Positions 21,180 to 32,947 of a stretch of 64,000 nt of DNA are shown one piece after another (positions within the stretch are counted from its first letter, which is position 1; each line of letters opens with the position of its first letter). The notes under the pieces were generated by a model. The model was not told where the DNA came from. It worked only from the letters and a program-made list of their open reading frames with translations, and ran no database searches. The stretch covers positions 64,001-128,000 of the forward strand of contig JAWARQ010000003.1 in assembly GCA_038893355.1 (NCBI GenBank). The letters run 5' to 3'. The position numbers were made by a program, and so were the translations under genes. Origin of the DNA: Sulfolobaceae archaeon. GTDB taxonomy: Archaea > Thermoproteota > Thermoprotei_A > Sulfolobales > Sulfolobaceae.

Positions 21180-21956
21180 ATGAAAGGGGTATTTGTATCT
21201 CATGGTTCTCCTACAATTCTAATTGAAGAGAATAGATGGAAAACTACATTTAAAAAGATAGGTGAAAGGATTAAGACTGAAATAAGACCAGAGACTATAA
21301 TAATTCTAAGCCCGCACTTTTACACATGGTCTGGAATTCATTATGTAGAAATTGATGAAGAATTAGAGTGTATTCAAGATTATTATGGATTTCCAGACGA
21401 ATTATACAAATACTGCTATTCAGCTAAAAATGATGTTATTTTAGCTAGGGCAATAATAGAAGAAGGTAAGAAAGCAGGCTTACAGATTAGAGAAGATAAT
21501 ACATGGGGATTAGACCATGGTTCATGGATTCCTCTATTTTTCATGTTCCCTGATAGAGATGTAAAAGTAGTGACATTATCTATAACAGATGCTAGCTTTG
21601 AACAACATTATAAGTTAGGTGAGATAATTAAAAAAGCAGTAATAAAAGAGAATAAAAAAGCAGTAATTATAGCAACGGGTTCTCCGACACACAGATTGGA
21701 TTTGTATTTTCTTAAAATATCACCAATTCAATCTAATTTTGATAAAATCTTAATTAATATTTTATCTCAATCAAAATTCGAAGAATTATTTGAAATAGAT
21801 AAAAAATATTATAAAGAATATATTTCTGCTCAACCAGAAGGTGATCTAAAGACATTATTCGTATTACTAGGTGCTGTAAAGCCTAGAAGATGTGAGATAA
21901 TAGACTATGATATACCGTGGGCAGGAGTAAGTATGTTAGCTGCTTACTTCGAATAA
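21180..21956 (+). CDS. LigB/DODA-type extradiol dioxygenase
   Basis: SHGSP, SPH, DYYGFP, GLDHGSW.PL and TGS.TH motifs. Confidence 0.85.
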   Translation: MKGVFVSHGSPTILIEENRWKTTFKKIGERIKTEIRPETIIILSPHFYTWSGIHYVEIDEELECIQDYYGFPDELYKYCYSAKNDVILARAIIEEGKKAGLQIREDNTWGLDHGSWIPLFFMFPDRDVKVVTLSITDASFEQHYKLGEIIKKAVIKENKKAVIIATGSPTHRLDLYFLKISPIQSNFDKILINILSQSKFEELFEIDKKYYKEYISAQPEGDLKTLFVLLGAVKPRRCEIIDYDIPWAGVSMLAAYFE

Positions 21957-21982
21957 TAAAACTAATAAACTATCTTATATAA

Positions 21983-23260
21983 TTATTTTTTATCTCTAAA
22001 TATATCATTTAAGAAACTTAATGTAACTTCAGCAACTTTTTCCCATGAAGAATGTAATTCGAGAAATTCTCTAGTTATAGGATTTTCAAATAAGCTAAAT
22101 ATCTCTTCATCAGACATGTTTAAAAACTTTAATGAAGTCCTAGAGAAATTAGGAATATCAAATTCTTTGACTATCTTTACTGGTGGTAAATTGCCATATA
22201 CGCTATTAATTGCAGGTATATCGTATGCAACTACTGGCGTCCTTAATGCTAAAGACTCGAGTACTACTAACGAAAAACCATCTTGATGTGAGGGATATAA
22301 CAGTACCTTTGATTTAGATACATATTTATAAAGCTCTTCTTCAGATACGAAGCCCATATATTCTACGTTTTTTGGTATTGATTTAAGAAACAATCTTTTC
22401 TCACTTTCCCTAAAAAATTTTCCAAAGACTAATATCTTATAGTCTTTTAATAATTTAGCTATTTTAGGTATTTCTCTAATTCCTTTCTGAGGCACTAATC
22501 TAGCAAAATAAACTGCATAATCTTCCTTATAATTACAAATATATTTCTCAATATTAGAATCATAAGCATTAGCAGGCTTTAATACTTGAATTTTAATTTT
22601 GTATTCTTTAGAAAACTCTCTAAATCTAGATAAATATAGAGGAGCTTCAGATACTGCAATTACCCCTCTCAATATACCTTCACTTAAAACTTTTTTGTAG
22701 AACATTCTATCTATAGTATAGAAAAACCATGATGATAAATCATAAATAAAACCTTCGACACCCATAAATTTTCTGTATCCCCTACCTAGAGAAAATCTAA
22801 AAGGTTCGTCATGGAATAGTTTTACTATAAATGTTTTAAATAATTTTGCTAAGGAATAAGAAACTTTTAAATAATCTATATTTTCATGCATATCATATAT
22901 TAAGTTAATATTTTTATAATTATTTATACTTAATTTTTTTAAATATTTTAAATCAATATTAGGATTATAAAAATGAGATTTTATAAAGTATTTAAACTGT
23001 GTTAGCGAATTACTTTCTTTTTCGATTAAATCATATATATTATCTTGTATGAAAATTATTTTAGCTTGTTCAAGCTCCTTTAGAACAGGTAAAATTTCAC
23101 TTTTAGAATATTGTTGAATGGTTATTATAGGGATGTATAAAAGAACCTCAATTCCATATCGAGATAGTAATTTTAAGACATTCAATACATGTTTTCTTAC
23201 GCCAGAAGGTGCCATAGGATTTGCAACAACTAGTATTCTACTAATTTCGCTCATCATCAT
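21983..23260 (-). CDS. GT4 family glycosyltransferase
   Basis: FARL...KG and YPSH.DGFSLVVLESLA motifs. Confidence 0.85.
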   Translation of the reverse strand: MMMSEISRILVVANPMAPSGVRKHVLNVLKLLSRYGIEVLLYIPIITIQQYSKSEILPVLKELEQAKIIFIQDNIYDLIEKESNSLTQFKYFIKSHFYNPNIDLKYLKKLSINNYKNINLIYDMHENIDYLKVSYSLAKLFKTFIVKLFHDEPFRFSLGRGYRKFMGVEGFIYDLSSWFFYTIDRMFYKKVLSEGILRGVIAVSEAPLYLSRFREFSKEYKIKIQVLKPANAYDSNIEKYICNYKEDYAVYFARLVPQKGIREIPKIAKLLKDYKILVFGKFFRESEKRLFLKSIPKNVEYMGFVSEEELYKYVSKSKVLLYPSHQDGFSLVVLESLALRTPVVAYDIPAINSVYGNLPPVKIVKEFDIPNFSRTSLKFLNMSDEEIFSLFENPITREFLELHSSWEKVAEVTLSFLNDIFRDKK

Positions 23261-23499
23261 TATCGTATTCTATTATATTTATTAATCTTATTCAAAGAGT
23301 GCTCTTATGTTCATTATAATTTTATTTTTAAATATAATAAATATAAATAGTAATTAATATATTCTTTAAAATGATTTTAATTTAGAACACTCCAGTTACA
23401 TATAACCTTACTATTTTTCATCAACTAGGTAAACCGCAAGTAAGATTTGCATTAATAAAATATGAATAAGTTTAAAAGTATTAGTTTAAGTTAGCAATT

Positions 23500-25776
23500 A
23501 TGAGCATTCTACAGCGAATACGTACCTTAGAAACTTATAATAGAGTTATTGATGCAATAATAGTAGCCTCGCTTGCCCTAATTTCTATGCTTATTAGAGC
23601 TGTAAGTATTAATTGGACTATCGGATTGGGAGAATTTGACCCTTGGTATATATTCTATAATGCAGTATTAATAGTACAAAATGGTGGTAATTGGTATGCA
23701 GTGCCACCAGATGTTCATGCATGGTTCCCTTGGGGTTATTTTATAGAGTTATATAACACCATTGGATTACCATTTTTATTGGCAATAGCTTCTTTACCGA
23801 TATATGGAATATATGGTATAAATGGAGTATATACTGTAGCAATATTTTCTAGTATTTTTTTAGCTGGAATTAGTGTTCTTGCAGGATTTTTAGCCATAGA
23901 ATCGATTACGAAATCAAGAATAGCTGGATTTTTTGCAGCTGCAGCAATAGCAGTATCACCGTCTTTAACAACCAAGAATACGATAGGTACGCTACCTAAA
24001 ACATCATGGGGTGCAACATTTATACTTTTTGCAATTTATTTCATTACTTTAGCTATAGAAAAAAGAAATCCCTTATATGCTATCCCTGCTGGTATAATGC
24101 TCTTTCTAGCAAATATAACTTGGGGTGGATTATATTACATTAACCTTAGCCTAATAGGTGCTGTCTTCTTCATTATACTATTAAATAAAAATGATGAAAT
24201 TACTGCAAAAACTTTTACATTACTTGTAGTAACAACTGCACTTCTAAACTCAATTTCCCCAAATAATATTGGATTTTTATCAGGATTATCTCAAGGAATA
24301 ATAATGCTTCTAGCTGCGCTTTTTATAAATCTTGATTTATATTTAAAAGAAATTTTGCCCCAGAAAATAGCAGATTCTAGGTCATTAATAGTAGCCTCAG
24401 TATTCGTTGGAATTATAGCATTAGGTATTCTTAGTTTAGGTGCTTTAGGAATTACTAGCCTAATTCCCTTAAGATATTATGCATTAGTAAATCCGTTATT
24501 CCAATCTTTAGTTCCAATATTTCAAACTGTTGCTGAGTATATACCAATTAGCACTCAAGGTATTATACAAAATTTTGGAATAGCATTATTTTTAGCAGTT
24601 CCGGGTTTATACTTTCTGCTTAGGAATCCTAAATTAGGTTCATTATGGTTGTTACTATTATCGGTAATAAGTATCTATGCTACTTCACTACAGCCTTATC
24701 TCTATAACTACACTACTTACATGATTGCAGCTCTAGCGGGAGTAAGTGTAGGGGAAATAGTGAATAAATTAAAATCAAGTTCAAGAATCTTAGGAATAGT
24801 CTTTATCGCATCTATTAGCCTAGGCTTAGTAGCTGATGCTGGGCTAGCAATTAGACTTAGTAATACACCTCAGCCTATAGTTAATGCTGCAGCACCTTAT
24901 GCTTTAGAAAATTACGCATGGATTTCTACACTTAATTGGTTAAGAGAATATACACCGCCTAATTCCGTAATATTTACATGGTGGGATTATGGTTATTGGA
25001 TTCAGGTTGGAAGTAATAGATACGTTATTGACGAGAATAATACCTTAAATGGAACGCAAATAAAACTTATGGCTACTATGTTCTTAAATAATGAAAGTTA
25101 CGCAGTTAATGTGCTCGAAAATAAATATCACTTATATCCATATGGGAACCCTAACTTCACTGTCCCAGTCTATTTTGTAGCGTACGACGCAGTAACTGTA
25201 TTTTATTATTCAGGGATATACCCAATACAATATTTAGGATACCCAACAAATTTCCCTGGCCCATTTATTGGTTATACTACTAGCTTTGGAGATATAGCAA
25301 AGGCTATGGGCGCGATGACGATAATTGCTGGATATCCCCAAAGTGACTATATAGATTATGCTAAAATTAATCAGACTATTCAAAGAATAATTTATGAGTA
25401 TTCCTCAAATCAGCAGTTTGCTACACAATTGATTAACCTTGTTAGCCAATCCTCCGTTATGGCATTTACTCCAAGGGCATATAATTCTCTAATAGTTCAA
25501 ATGTTCCTTGAAGCAATGTGGGTATTAAGCTCAAGAAATGGATTTGTCAATGCGCCATTTACAGCAGATATATTATCAAATAATATCTTTGGCCAACTAG
25601 CACCTTATGTACAGTTAAATTACTTCCAACCAGTTTATATTGCACTTTTTCCATTTAACGGAGTTAGCAGCATACCTTCATCTAATGGATATTATACAGT
25701 TTACGTAATGGTGGTAGTATATCAGTTTGTAGAACCAGGAACTATAGTAGAACCGCAGATCGTAATTAACACTTAA
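23500..25776 (+). CDS. aglB: oligosaccharyltransferase AglB (STT3)
   Basis: EFDPW, TVAE, WWDYG and DIAK motifs; many TM helices. Confidence 0.95.
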   Translation: MSILQRIRTLETYNRVIDAIIVASLALISMLIRAVSINWTIGLGEFDPWYIFYNAVLIVQNGGNWYAVPPDVHAWFPWGYFIELYNTIGLPFLLAIASLPIYGIYGINGVYTVAIFSSIFLAGISVLAGFLAIESITKSRIAGFFAAAAIAVSPSLTTKNTIGTLPKTSWGATFILFAIYFITLAIEKRNPLYAIPAGIMLFLANITWGGLYYINLSLIGAVFFIILLNKNDEITAKTFTLLVVTTALLNSISPNNIGFLSGLSQGIIMLLAALFINLDLYLKEILPQKIADSRSLIVASVFVGIIALGILSLGALGITSLIPLRYYALVNPLFQSLVPIFQTVAEYIPISTQGIIQNFGIALFLAVPGLYFLLRNPKLGSLWLLLLSVISIYATSLQPYLYNYTTYMIAALAGVSVGEIVNKLKSSSRILGIVFIASISLGLVADAGLAIRLSNTPQPIVNAAAPYALENYAWISTLNWLREYTPPNSVIFTWWDYGYWIQVGSNRYVIDENNTLNGTQIKLMATMFLNNESYAVNVLENKYHLYPYGNPNFTVPVYFVAYDAVTVFYYSGIYPIQYLGYPTNFPGPFIGYTTSFGDIAKAMGAMTIIAGYPQSDYIDYAKINQTIQRIIYEYSSNQQFATQLINLVSQSSVMAFTPRAYNSLIVQMFLEAMWVLSSRNGFVNAPFTADILSNNIFGQLAPYVQLNYFQPVYIALFPFNGVSSIPSSNGYYTVYVMVVVYQFVEPGTIVEPQIVINT

Positions 25777-25930
25777 TTCCTTTTTTTAAGAGAATTCTAT
25801 AACTTACATACTTATCAACTGGAGAGAATCTGGCTGGATGTGGAATAATTGTAAAAGAATTACATTTAGGACACCTTTCTCTTAGAGTATAAGTTCCATC
25901 AATCTTGCACTTTCTTATTTTCCATGTCAT
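25766..25930 (-). CDS. nop10: H/ACA RNP protein Nop10 (54 aa, below the ORF-track cutoff)
   Basis: [46 protein letters not shown]...; follows aIF2alpha. Confidence 0.92.
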   Translation of the reverse strand: MTWKIRKCKIDGTYTLRERCPKCNSFTIIPHPARFSPVDKYVSYRILLKKGIKC

Positions 25931-26745
25931 TTCTTAGACCCAGTAATTACGAGAAATTCTATATTATCCTTTTGGGCTAATTGTTTAATTGAATTAATTA
26001 AATCTTGAAGAACTTGTGATGCAAATTTAGGATCACCTGCAGTTACATCAATCCTATATCTCGGTGCGCCTACCGTGTATATTTTAATATTGTATATTTC
26101 ATCAGAACCTTCGTATAACTTATGAATTTCCTCCAATGCAGAATCGAATACTTGCCTTATTTTAACTACACCTTTAGGTTCAGTCGTTCTAAGCGATACT
26201 AAGCCCGAAACTTTAATCTTCTTTTCTTCAATATGCTTAGAAACTTCCTCTAAGAGAATCTTTATATATTCTTCATTAACTCCAGCATCTAAGAGAATCT
26301 TTGAACCTTCCTTCGCTGCTCTTTCTAATGGGGAATAAAAATCTCCGTACTTATCCTCTAGTTTCCATATGATATTTGCCCATACTTCTTCTTCCTTTTT
26401 ATTAAGTTTTTGTGCAATTATTTCAATTAACTTATCTATCTTCTGAAGTCTCTTCCATTGTAACATTTTTTTCCTTTTCTCATCTTCAGTTACTTTCTTT
26501 AGAGACACATCCACATTCCCCTTTCTCTTATCAACCCTTATCACTTTTGCTACTACTTTCATATTCTCTCTTAGGAGATCTCTTATGTTTCTAACCCATT
26601 TACTACTAATTTCACTCCATGGTAAAAAGGCCTGGAGATTCCTGTATTCATCTAATGTAACATATGCACCATAGTCAAAAATTTGCTTTACAGTTGCTAT
26701 TACTACTTCTCCTACTTCAGGTAATTCTTGCTTTTTATATATCAT
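25927..26745 (-). CDS. eif2a: translation initiation factor aIF2 alpha
   Basis: S1 domain [12 protein letters not shown]...GAYVTLDEY and GAPRY; ATG at 26745. Confidence 0.95.
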   Translation of the reverse strand: MIYKKQELPEVGEVVIATVKQIFDYGAYVTLDEYRNLQAFLPWSEISSKWVRNIRDLLRENMKVVAKVIRVDKRKGNVDVSLKKVTEDEKRKKMLQWKRLQKIDKLIEIIAQKLNKKEEEVWANIIWKLEDKYGDFYSPLERAAKEGSKILLDAGVNEEYIKILLEEVSKHIEEKKIKVSGLVSLRTTEPKGVVKIRQVFDSALEEIHKLYEGSDEIYNIKIYTVGAPRYRIDVTAGDPKFASQVLQDLINSIKQLAQKDNIEFLVITGSKK

Positions 26746-26746
26746 G

Positions 26747-26944
26747 CTATCCCAAGATTCTAATAATTTCTGCAACTATTTTTGCTTTGCCTCCAGTCGA
26801 ATAAGCAAGCTGAGTACCACAAGATAAACATCTTACTGGAAATGTTGCATGGCTAAAAATTACTTGTTCATTACCACAATTATTACATCTTACTCTCAAA
26901 AATCTGCTTTTAGGCTCAGGTACAAGAATTTTAGTCTTCTTCAT
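26747..26944 (-). CDS. rps27e: 30S ribosomal protein S27e
   Basis: P.SRFLRVRC..C.NEQVIFSH...C..CG....TGGKA. Confidence 0.96.
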   Translation of the reverse strand: MKKTKILVPEPKSRFLRVRCNNCGNEQVIFSHATFPVRCLSCGTQLAYSTGGKAKIVAEIIRILG

Positions 26945-27231
26945 TATTTAGCCACCTCAACTAATTCAATCTTCTTAATTCTTATTCCCTTCTTATGGAA
27001 TGTATAACCACATTTTGAACATTTTAGAACTAGAGTTTGTTTCTTTGTAACTTTAGCAAACCTTTTTTGTTCTGGTTTTCTCTTACTACCATATCCTAAA
27101 TTCTTTCTCTCATACCTCCTTTGACCCTCTGCTAAGGTCCTTCTTTTACCGCCCTTATATAATGATACTGAATGTTCTGTATGAGACTTACATCTTGGAC
27201 AGTAAGTATTAATTACCTTAGGTACTTTCAT
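26944..27231 (-). CDS. rpl44e: 50S ribosomal protein L44e
   Basis: TYCPRC..HTEH, GQRRY.RK..GYG and K.TKK motifs. Confidence 0.96.
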   Translation of the reverse strand: MKVPKVINTYCPRCKSHTEHSVSLYKGGKRRTLAEGQRRYERKNLGYGSKRKPEQKRFAKVTKKQTLVLKCSKCGYTFHKKGIRIKKIELVEVAK

Positions 27232-27233
27232 CT

Positions 27234-27683
27234 TTACTTCGTTATATTTGTTTCTATAGGATTTATAAAGCCTGCCATTGTTAACTTTAACGCGTTCTCT
27301 ATATTAGTTATGATAATATCACCAGGATTTAAAGTAAAGTTATCTATTGTTATTGCCTTTTCCACTCTACATAAAATTTTTTCATTATAAATATTATATT
27401 TTCCTGTTAATAAATTAATATAAAATTTTCTTATTTTTATTATTATTTCAAAAAATATTGAATCAAAGCCCTTTATAGTCTGACCTTCAATAACTTTAGA
27501 GAGTCTAAGGTCAAAAAGAGATTCTGCAAGCTCCTCATAAATTGATATCTCTTTTAAATGGAGCTCATCAGTATACTTACTTCTCATTAGAGTTATAGAT
27601 CTTATGAATTCCTTAATTTCATCAAATGATATGTCTTGTAATTCTGGTTTGTATAACTCTAGCTTAACTTTTTCATCTAACAT
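27234..27683 (-). CDS. gins15: GINS subunit Gins15 (probable)
   Basis: LRL.K A-domain helix and C-terminal L.PGDII B-domain; pcna-priS-gins15 order is established for Sulfolobales. Confidence 0.7.
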   Translation of the reverse strand: MLDEKVKLELYKPELQDISFDEIKEFIRSITLMRSKYTDELHLKEISIYEELAESLFDLRLSKVIEGQTIKGFDSIFFEIIIKIRKFYINLLTGKYNIYNEKILCRVEKAITIDNFTLNPGDIIITNIENALKLTMAGFINPIETNITK

Positions 27684-28668
27684 ACGCCTTCATCTCACCT
27701 AAGCTTTTAAGATGTAAATATACTCCTATACTCGCTTCAACCCTTATGGGAATATTTTTATTCATCTCTAAAACTCTATCGAATATATTTATTTTCATAC
27801 TAACTTTTGGAATTATAATAACATAACCATTAAAAGGTGATAAGGATTCATCAATAGTAAAGTTCGCCAAATCATTTACTCTCTTTACTAAAAGTCCTGA
27901 TTTTCCATTTATCGAGTTCTCTACCCTTTCTAATCTTCTCACATCTATTGTTACTTGTTCATCTAAGACTACTGATTTTACCCCCCTTACTTTCCGCCCT
28001 ATCCAAGAAGGCGAATCTGGCGTTACATTTATTTCAGGAACTTTTTCTCCCTTTATATAATCTACTATTTCTTTTCTCTCTTCTTGGCCTAGCAATCCAC
28101 ACTCATCCTTACACTCTACTCTAACATGAAAACCTCTATTACCAGAAAATGTGACCACTCCTAGGAAACCAAAATCATTCTCTAGTATCTCAATTAAGGT
28201 AAGAGTATTTTTTATTGTAGACTCTAGACATTCTTTATTAATTTCTACATATTCTACGACCTCACTACCATCAATAGGACACTTCCCAACTCCTTGAACT
28301 ATACTACCACAAGTTGGGCAGAAGTTTATCCTTTTTAGATCTTTACACACTTCATCTGCATCTACATCAAATAGCAAATCAGAACCTAGCCATCCTTTTT
28401 CCTCCATTTCTTTTGCTGCTGGAATTGCATATCTTGCAGAGGAGTAGTATAAATGAAGAGGAAGGTTTTCTAAAATAAAGGACTTTAATTCAGTAATACT
28501 CGTAAACGATAAATGTCTAATATAACTACCGTATCCTATGGGCTGAATAGCGAACTCTCTCATTTCTATATCTGACGGTTCTACCAACTCCGCCTTTGAA
28601 TAATATGATTTAAAAAGAGATTTAAGTAGAACATTACTCGATTCTTGGTGCAATATAGAAGTCCCCAT
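27673..28668 (-). CDS. priS: DNA primase small subunit
   Basis: REFA, YYSSA.Y, FDVDAD, FSGNRGFH and D.QVT.D motifs. Confidence 0.95.
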   Translation of the reverse strand: MGTSILHQESSNVLLKSLFKSYYSKAELVEPSDIEMREFAIQPIGYGSYIRHLSFTSITELKSFILENLPLHLYYSSARYAIPAAKEMEEKGWLGSDLLFDVDADEVCKDLKRINFCPTCGSIVQGVGKCPIDGSEVVEYVEINKECLESTIKNTLTLIEILENDFGFLGVVTFSGNRGFHVRVECKDECGLLGQEERKEIVDYIKGEKVPEINVTPDSPSWIGRKVRGVKSVVLDEQVTIDVRRLERVENSINGKSGLLVKRVNDLANFTIDESLSPFNGYVIIIPKVSMKINIFDRVLEMNKNIPIRVEASIGVYLHLKSLGEMKAYVR

Positions 28669-29371
28669 AACCACCTTGTGGTAATTCATACCTTAATCTT
28701 AGAGGTAATTGAGTTCCAAATCTTATTTCGACAGTATCAGAAGAATTTCTCATTTTTATAGTATTATAAACATATTTTATACTATAAATAGATGAAGCAT
28801 CGGGACCTTCAGACTCAAGTAATCCACCATTTTCTGTAGAAAGTTCTATGATAGATGATGAAATATCACCTTCTGATTTTATATACAATTTACCTTCCTT
28901 AGATTCGAATATTATACTTTCACCTAGCTCAGATAATTCATCTATAATATCCGCAAATACTGCTGTAAGTAATTTTGATCTAAAAGGTAACTCAATTGTT
29001 AATGAAGATTTCTCCACTTCACCTGCGGAAAGTATAGGAATTTCGAATGCTCTCTCGTACTCTCCATCTAATATAAGCCTTACTCTGTCTTTTGTCGTTT
29101 CAAGTTGTATACTATCATCTTTCATCACCTTTTTAAGAATATCCGTAAATTCCTCTAGATTAAAGCCTACAATCTCCTCATCTTTCTCTAGTTCATAACC
29201 TTCGAAGTATCCTGCCGGTAAAAATATTTCTAGGTATACTGCCTTTGAAGGATCCTTTCCACTTAATAATATACCTTCCTTATTTGCCCTAATTACTGCC
29301 TCATCTAAAAATTCATACACTACTCGGAATAAGTAACTAAATGATCTTGCATCTACTACTCTAAACTTCAT
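28634..29371 (-). CDS. pcn: DNA sliding clamp PCNA
   Basis: 245 aa, D.S.A motif and C-terminal F..QLPL...YIAPR. Confidence 0.93.
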   Translation of the reverse strand: MKFRVVDARSFSYLFRVVYEFLDEAVIRANKEGILLSGKDPSKAVYLEIFLPAGYFEGYELEKDEEIVGFNLEEFTDILKKVMKDDSIQLETTKDRVRLILDGEYERAFEIPILSAGEVEKSSLTIELPFRSKLLTAVFADIIDELSELGESIIFESKEGKLYIKSEGDISSSIIELSTENGGLLESEGPDASSIYSIKYVYNTIKMRNSSDTVEIRFGTQLPLRLRYELPQGGYGDFYIAPRIE

Positions 29372-29491
29372 ACATATTTTACATCATGTTTCTATTTTAA
29401 ATTCATATATGCGATACTACATACGAGAGTTAAAGGAATGTATTATACGCCATATTTAATATAAATGAAAGAGCTGTTATAGCCAAATTGT

Positions 29492-31471
29492 GTGAGGATA
29501 GTAATACTGAAGGATAATAGGGTGTATTTATATGAGAATAATAAGCTTAGTTACATTAATGAAAAGATAAAGTTTAAGTATCCCGTAGTGGGCTATATTG
29601 AAGAAGGTAGTAAAAAATCAGATTTAGTAGATATTAGAAATCTTAAAAAAATAATTAAAGTAAAATTAGTCGAAATAATTAAAGAACTAAATGTTTCTAT
29701 ACTTAAAGATTCTTTAGATAATTATTATCTAGTTAATTTTAATTTATCTAATATAAAAAAAGAAGAAAATTTAATATATTTTAAGGGAGAATTAGTAAAG
29801 GAAACTCAAGAATTTTATTATAATTTAGCCGAAAAGTTAGGAGGAAAGACCCTGGATGAAATTGATGATGAGGAGATCTTGAGAAATCTTGTTATAGTAT
29901 TAAGTAGAAAGGAGATGTGTAAAGAAGCTATTTATGCTTATAGTAAACTAAGTAAAAAGTTTCCAGAAGAATCATTAGTTGTTGCAGAATGCATGATAAA
30001 ATTAGGTAATGAACTTGAAGCGTTAAAAATATATTCCTTCTTTAATCCATCTAAATATAAAGAGTTAGAAATAAGATTAAAAGAAAAAGTAAATTATTTA
30101 ATTGAGCAATTCGAATTAACTAAAAATTTAAAGTATTTACATGATGCTTTACACATACTACCAACCTATGATGCAGCTGCATTAAGACTTGGTATCTATT
30201 ACTTAGAGAAGAAAGATTATAAAAACGCATTAAAATATCTTGAGGAAGCAAATAGGAGGAATAGTGATTATAAAAACTTACTCGCATTAGCGAGGGCATA
30301 CCTCCATATAGGAGAAGGTAACAAAGCACTCGAGATCATAGAGATTGCTGAGAGAATAAGAAGAACTCCAATTTCAGCGTACTTAAAGGCATTAGCTTAT
30401 GAAATACTTAATTCGCCTAAACATGCTGAAAGAGATTTCTTATATGCATGTATTAATGGTGTAATTGAAGCTTGTGCTAAAATTAGTCCTAATCTGTTAA
30501 GCAATAGCGAGTTTAATCCAGAGCTATTAATAGGTCATACAATCTATGGATATAAAATTGAAAAACTTCTTGGGACAGGTGGAATGGGTTATGTCTATCT
30601 GGTTGAAAAAGATAATAGAAAATATGCAATGAAAATTATGAAAAAAGATTTCAACATTTACGAAATGTTAAGAGAAATAAGTAAGGTGCAAGAAATCTCA
30701 AAGGGTTCAGATTATATCGTTAGAATATTTGCGACATTTATTGACGAAAACTGGAATGGAGACTATTATTCCACTCCGCCTTCCATAATAATGGAATTTA
30801 TGAGTGGTGGTAGTCTCCAAAATCTTTTAATAGATTCTGAATATTCATCATTAAGATATTCTGAAAAATGGAAGAAAATAGTTGCACTCGTTTTCTACAT
30901 GATTACTGAAGGATTAATCCACATTCATAAAAACGGATACGTACATTGCGATATCAAACCTCCTAATATTCTCTTTAACAATCAATTACCTAAGTTATCA
31001 GAGGACGCAGTAAGAGCTCTTACCGCAAGGAGTGTAGTAGCTAAAATTTCTGATTTGGGGTCAGCAGTAAAACTTGGCTCTCCAGTAATTCATTATACTC
31101 CTTATTATGCACACCCCTTACAAAGGTTTGGATCTTATGCAGAGTACCAAATGGACGTTTATTCATTTTCAGTATCTTTATATGTTTCTCTAGCGAGGAA
31201 TTATCCTTATCCAGAATGGTTAGAAAACGAGATCGAGAAAGCGGTTACTAATCCTCAACTTAGGCAAGATGCATTAAAAGATTTTTACTCGTTTGAACCA
31301 AGGCTAGATTACATCCCAGTTGAATTTAGAGAGATAATTCGTAAGGGATTAAAATCTGAAGTAACTATGGAGGAAATTAAGTATAAGTTGAGGGAAATTA
31401 TTGCGAATGAATATTCATTATTAGTACCTTCCCCATTGGCACAGCAAAATTTAAACGAAATAGGATTATAA
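29492..31471 (+). CDS. TPR-containing Hanks-type Ser/Thr protein kinase (ArnC-like)
   Basis: TPR helices, then GTGGMG, AMK, HCDIKPPN, DLG and DVYS motifs. Confidence 0.9.
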   Translation: MRIVILKDNRVYLYENNKLSYINEKIKFKYPVVGYIEEGSKKSDLVDIRNLKKIIKVKLVEIIKELNVSILKDSLDNYYLVNFNLSNIKKEENLIYFKGELVKETQEFYYNLAEKLGGKTLDEIDDEEILRNLVIVLSRKEMCKEAIYAYSKLSKKFPEESLVVAECMIKLGNELEALKIYSFFNPSKYKELEIRLKEKVNYLIEQFELTKNLKYLHDALHILPTYDAAALRLGIYYLEKKDYKNALKYLEEANRRNSDYKNLLALARAYLHIGEGNKALEIIEIAERIRRTPISAYLKALAYEILNSPKHAERDFLYACINGVIEACAKISPNLLSNSEFNPELLIGHTIYGYKIEKLLGTGGMGYVYLVEKDNRKYAMKIMKKDFNIYEMLREISKVQEISKGSDYIVRIFATFIDENWNGDYYSTPPSIIMEFMSGGSLQNLLIDSEYSSLRYSEKWKKIVALVFYMITEGLIHIHKNGYVHCDIKPPNILFNNQLPKLSEDAVRALTARSVVAKISDLGSAVKLGSPVIHYTPYYAHPLQRFGSYAEYQMDVYSFSVSLYVSLARNYPYPEWLENEIEKAVTNPQLRQDALKDFYSFEPRLDYIPVEFREIIRKGLKSEVTMEEIKYKLREIIANEYSLLVPSPLAQQNLNEIGL

Positions 31472-31501
31472 TTTTTATAACTAAAATTCATTTATCAAGG
31501 T

Positions 31502-32947
31502 ATGGCATTTAGGGATTTAAGAGATTATATAATCTACATGAAGGAAAAAGGAAAGATAATAGAAATAGAAGAGGAAGTCAGTGTAGATTTGGAGATAGCT
31601 GAAATAACCAGAAAAGCATGCTATAATAAATTACCTCCACTATTATTTAAAAATATAAAAGAGTATAAGAATTGGAAAATAATTTCTAATATTTTTTATT
31701 CTTTAGATGGAATTTATGAAATTTTTAATACAAATAACTTAGAGAGTATTACAAGTAACTTCTTAGATATATTATCCGATATACCCATAACATTTTTAGA
31801 TAAGATAAGATCCTTTAAAGATGCTTTAAAACTAGGAAAGTTCTTTCCAACTTCAAAAAAACCTCGATTTGTAGAAAGAGAGGATATTAAAATTCTTGAT
31901 TTACCAGCAATAAAAACTTGGCCTAAAGATGCAGGAAGATATTTTACATTCTCGATTACAATTACTAAAGACCCAGATACCGAAGTTCATAATTTAAGTG
32001 TATATAGAATCCAAGTCTTAAATGAGAAGGAAGCAATAGTACATTGGCAGGCTTTTAAAAGAGGTTCATTAACTGCGCAAAAATACAAACATAAGGGTAT
32101 AACTAGGATTCCAGTCGCAATAGTTAATGGAGTAGATCCAATAATAGCATTTACAGCCGCTGCTCCAATACCTCCAGGATTAGATAAATATCTATTTGCT
32201 GGGTTATTAAGAGGAGAAGGCGTTGATGTTCATAAATTAGATAATGGTATACTAGTTCCTTCACATGCAGAATCTGTATTAGAAGGTTATGTTGACTTAA
32301 ATGACTTAAGACTAGAAGGACCTTTTGGAGATCATCTAGGATATTATACTCCCCCAGATTATTATCCAACTTTTAAGCTAGAAAGAGCATTTCTGAGGGA
32401 AGATCCAATATTTCATGTAACTTCCGTAGGCAAACCACCCTTAGAAGACGCATGGATCGGTAAAGCTGTAGAAAGGATTTTCTTACCATTCCTTAAAATG
32501 TTAATTCCAGAAATTGTAGATATGAACTTACCAGAATATGGATTATTTACAGGGATTGGAATTTTCTCTATTAGAAAATATTATCCGGGTCAGGCAAAGA
32601 GGGTTATGATGGCATTATGGGGTTTAGGTCAATTAAGCCTTACGAAAATGATAATAATAGTAGATCATGATGTAAACGTTCATGATATAAATCAAGTTTT
32701 ATATGCTATAGCGTCAACAGTAGATCCACAAAGGGACATTCTAATAATACCATATACTCTTACCGATTCTTTAGATCATACTACTCCTAATCCACCACTA
32801 GGAAGTAAAGTTGGTATAGATGCCACACGAAAATTTAAGGAAGAGCTAGGTGGTAAAGAATGGCCGGAAGAAGTAAGATCTGACGAAAAAATATCTGAAA
32901 AAGCTGAAAATATACTAAAAAAATATAGAATCTTATTTTCTAAATAA
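31502..32947 (+). CDS. ubiD: UbiD family decarboxylase
   Basis: [18 protein letters not shown] and KVGIDATRK motifs. Confidence 0.9.
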   Translation: MAFRDLRDYIIYMKEKGKIIEIEEEVSVDLEIAEITRKACYNKLPPLLFKNIKEYKNWKIISNIFYSLDGIYEIFNTNNLESITSNFLDILSDIPITFLDKIRSFKDALKLGKFFPTSKKPRFVEREDIKILDLPAIKTWPKDAGRYFTFSITITKDPDTEVHNLSVYRIQVLNEKEAIVHWQAFKRGSLTAQKYKHKGITRIPVAIVNGVDPIIAFTAAAPIPPGLDKYLFAGLLRGEGVDVHKLDNGILVPSHAESVLEGYVDLNDLRLEGPFGDHLGYYTPPDYYPTFKLERAFLREDPIFHVTSVGKPPLEDAWIGKAVERIFLPFLKMLIPEIVDMNLPEYGLFTGIGIFSIRKYYPGQAKRVMMALWGLGQLSLTKMIIIVDHDVNVHDINQVLYAIASTVDPQRDILIIPYTLTDSLDHTTPNPPLGSKVGIDATRKFKEELGGKEWPEEVRSDEKISEKAENILKKYRILFSK

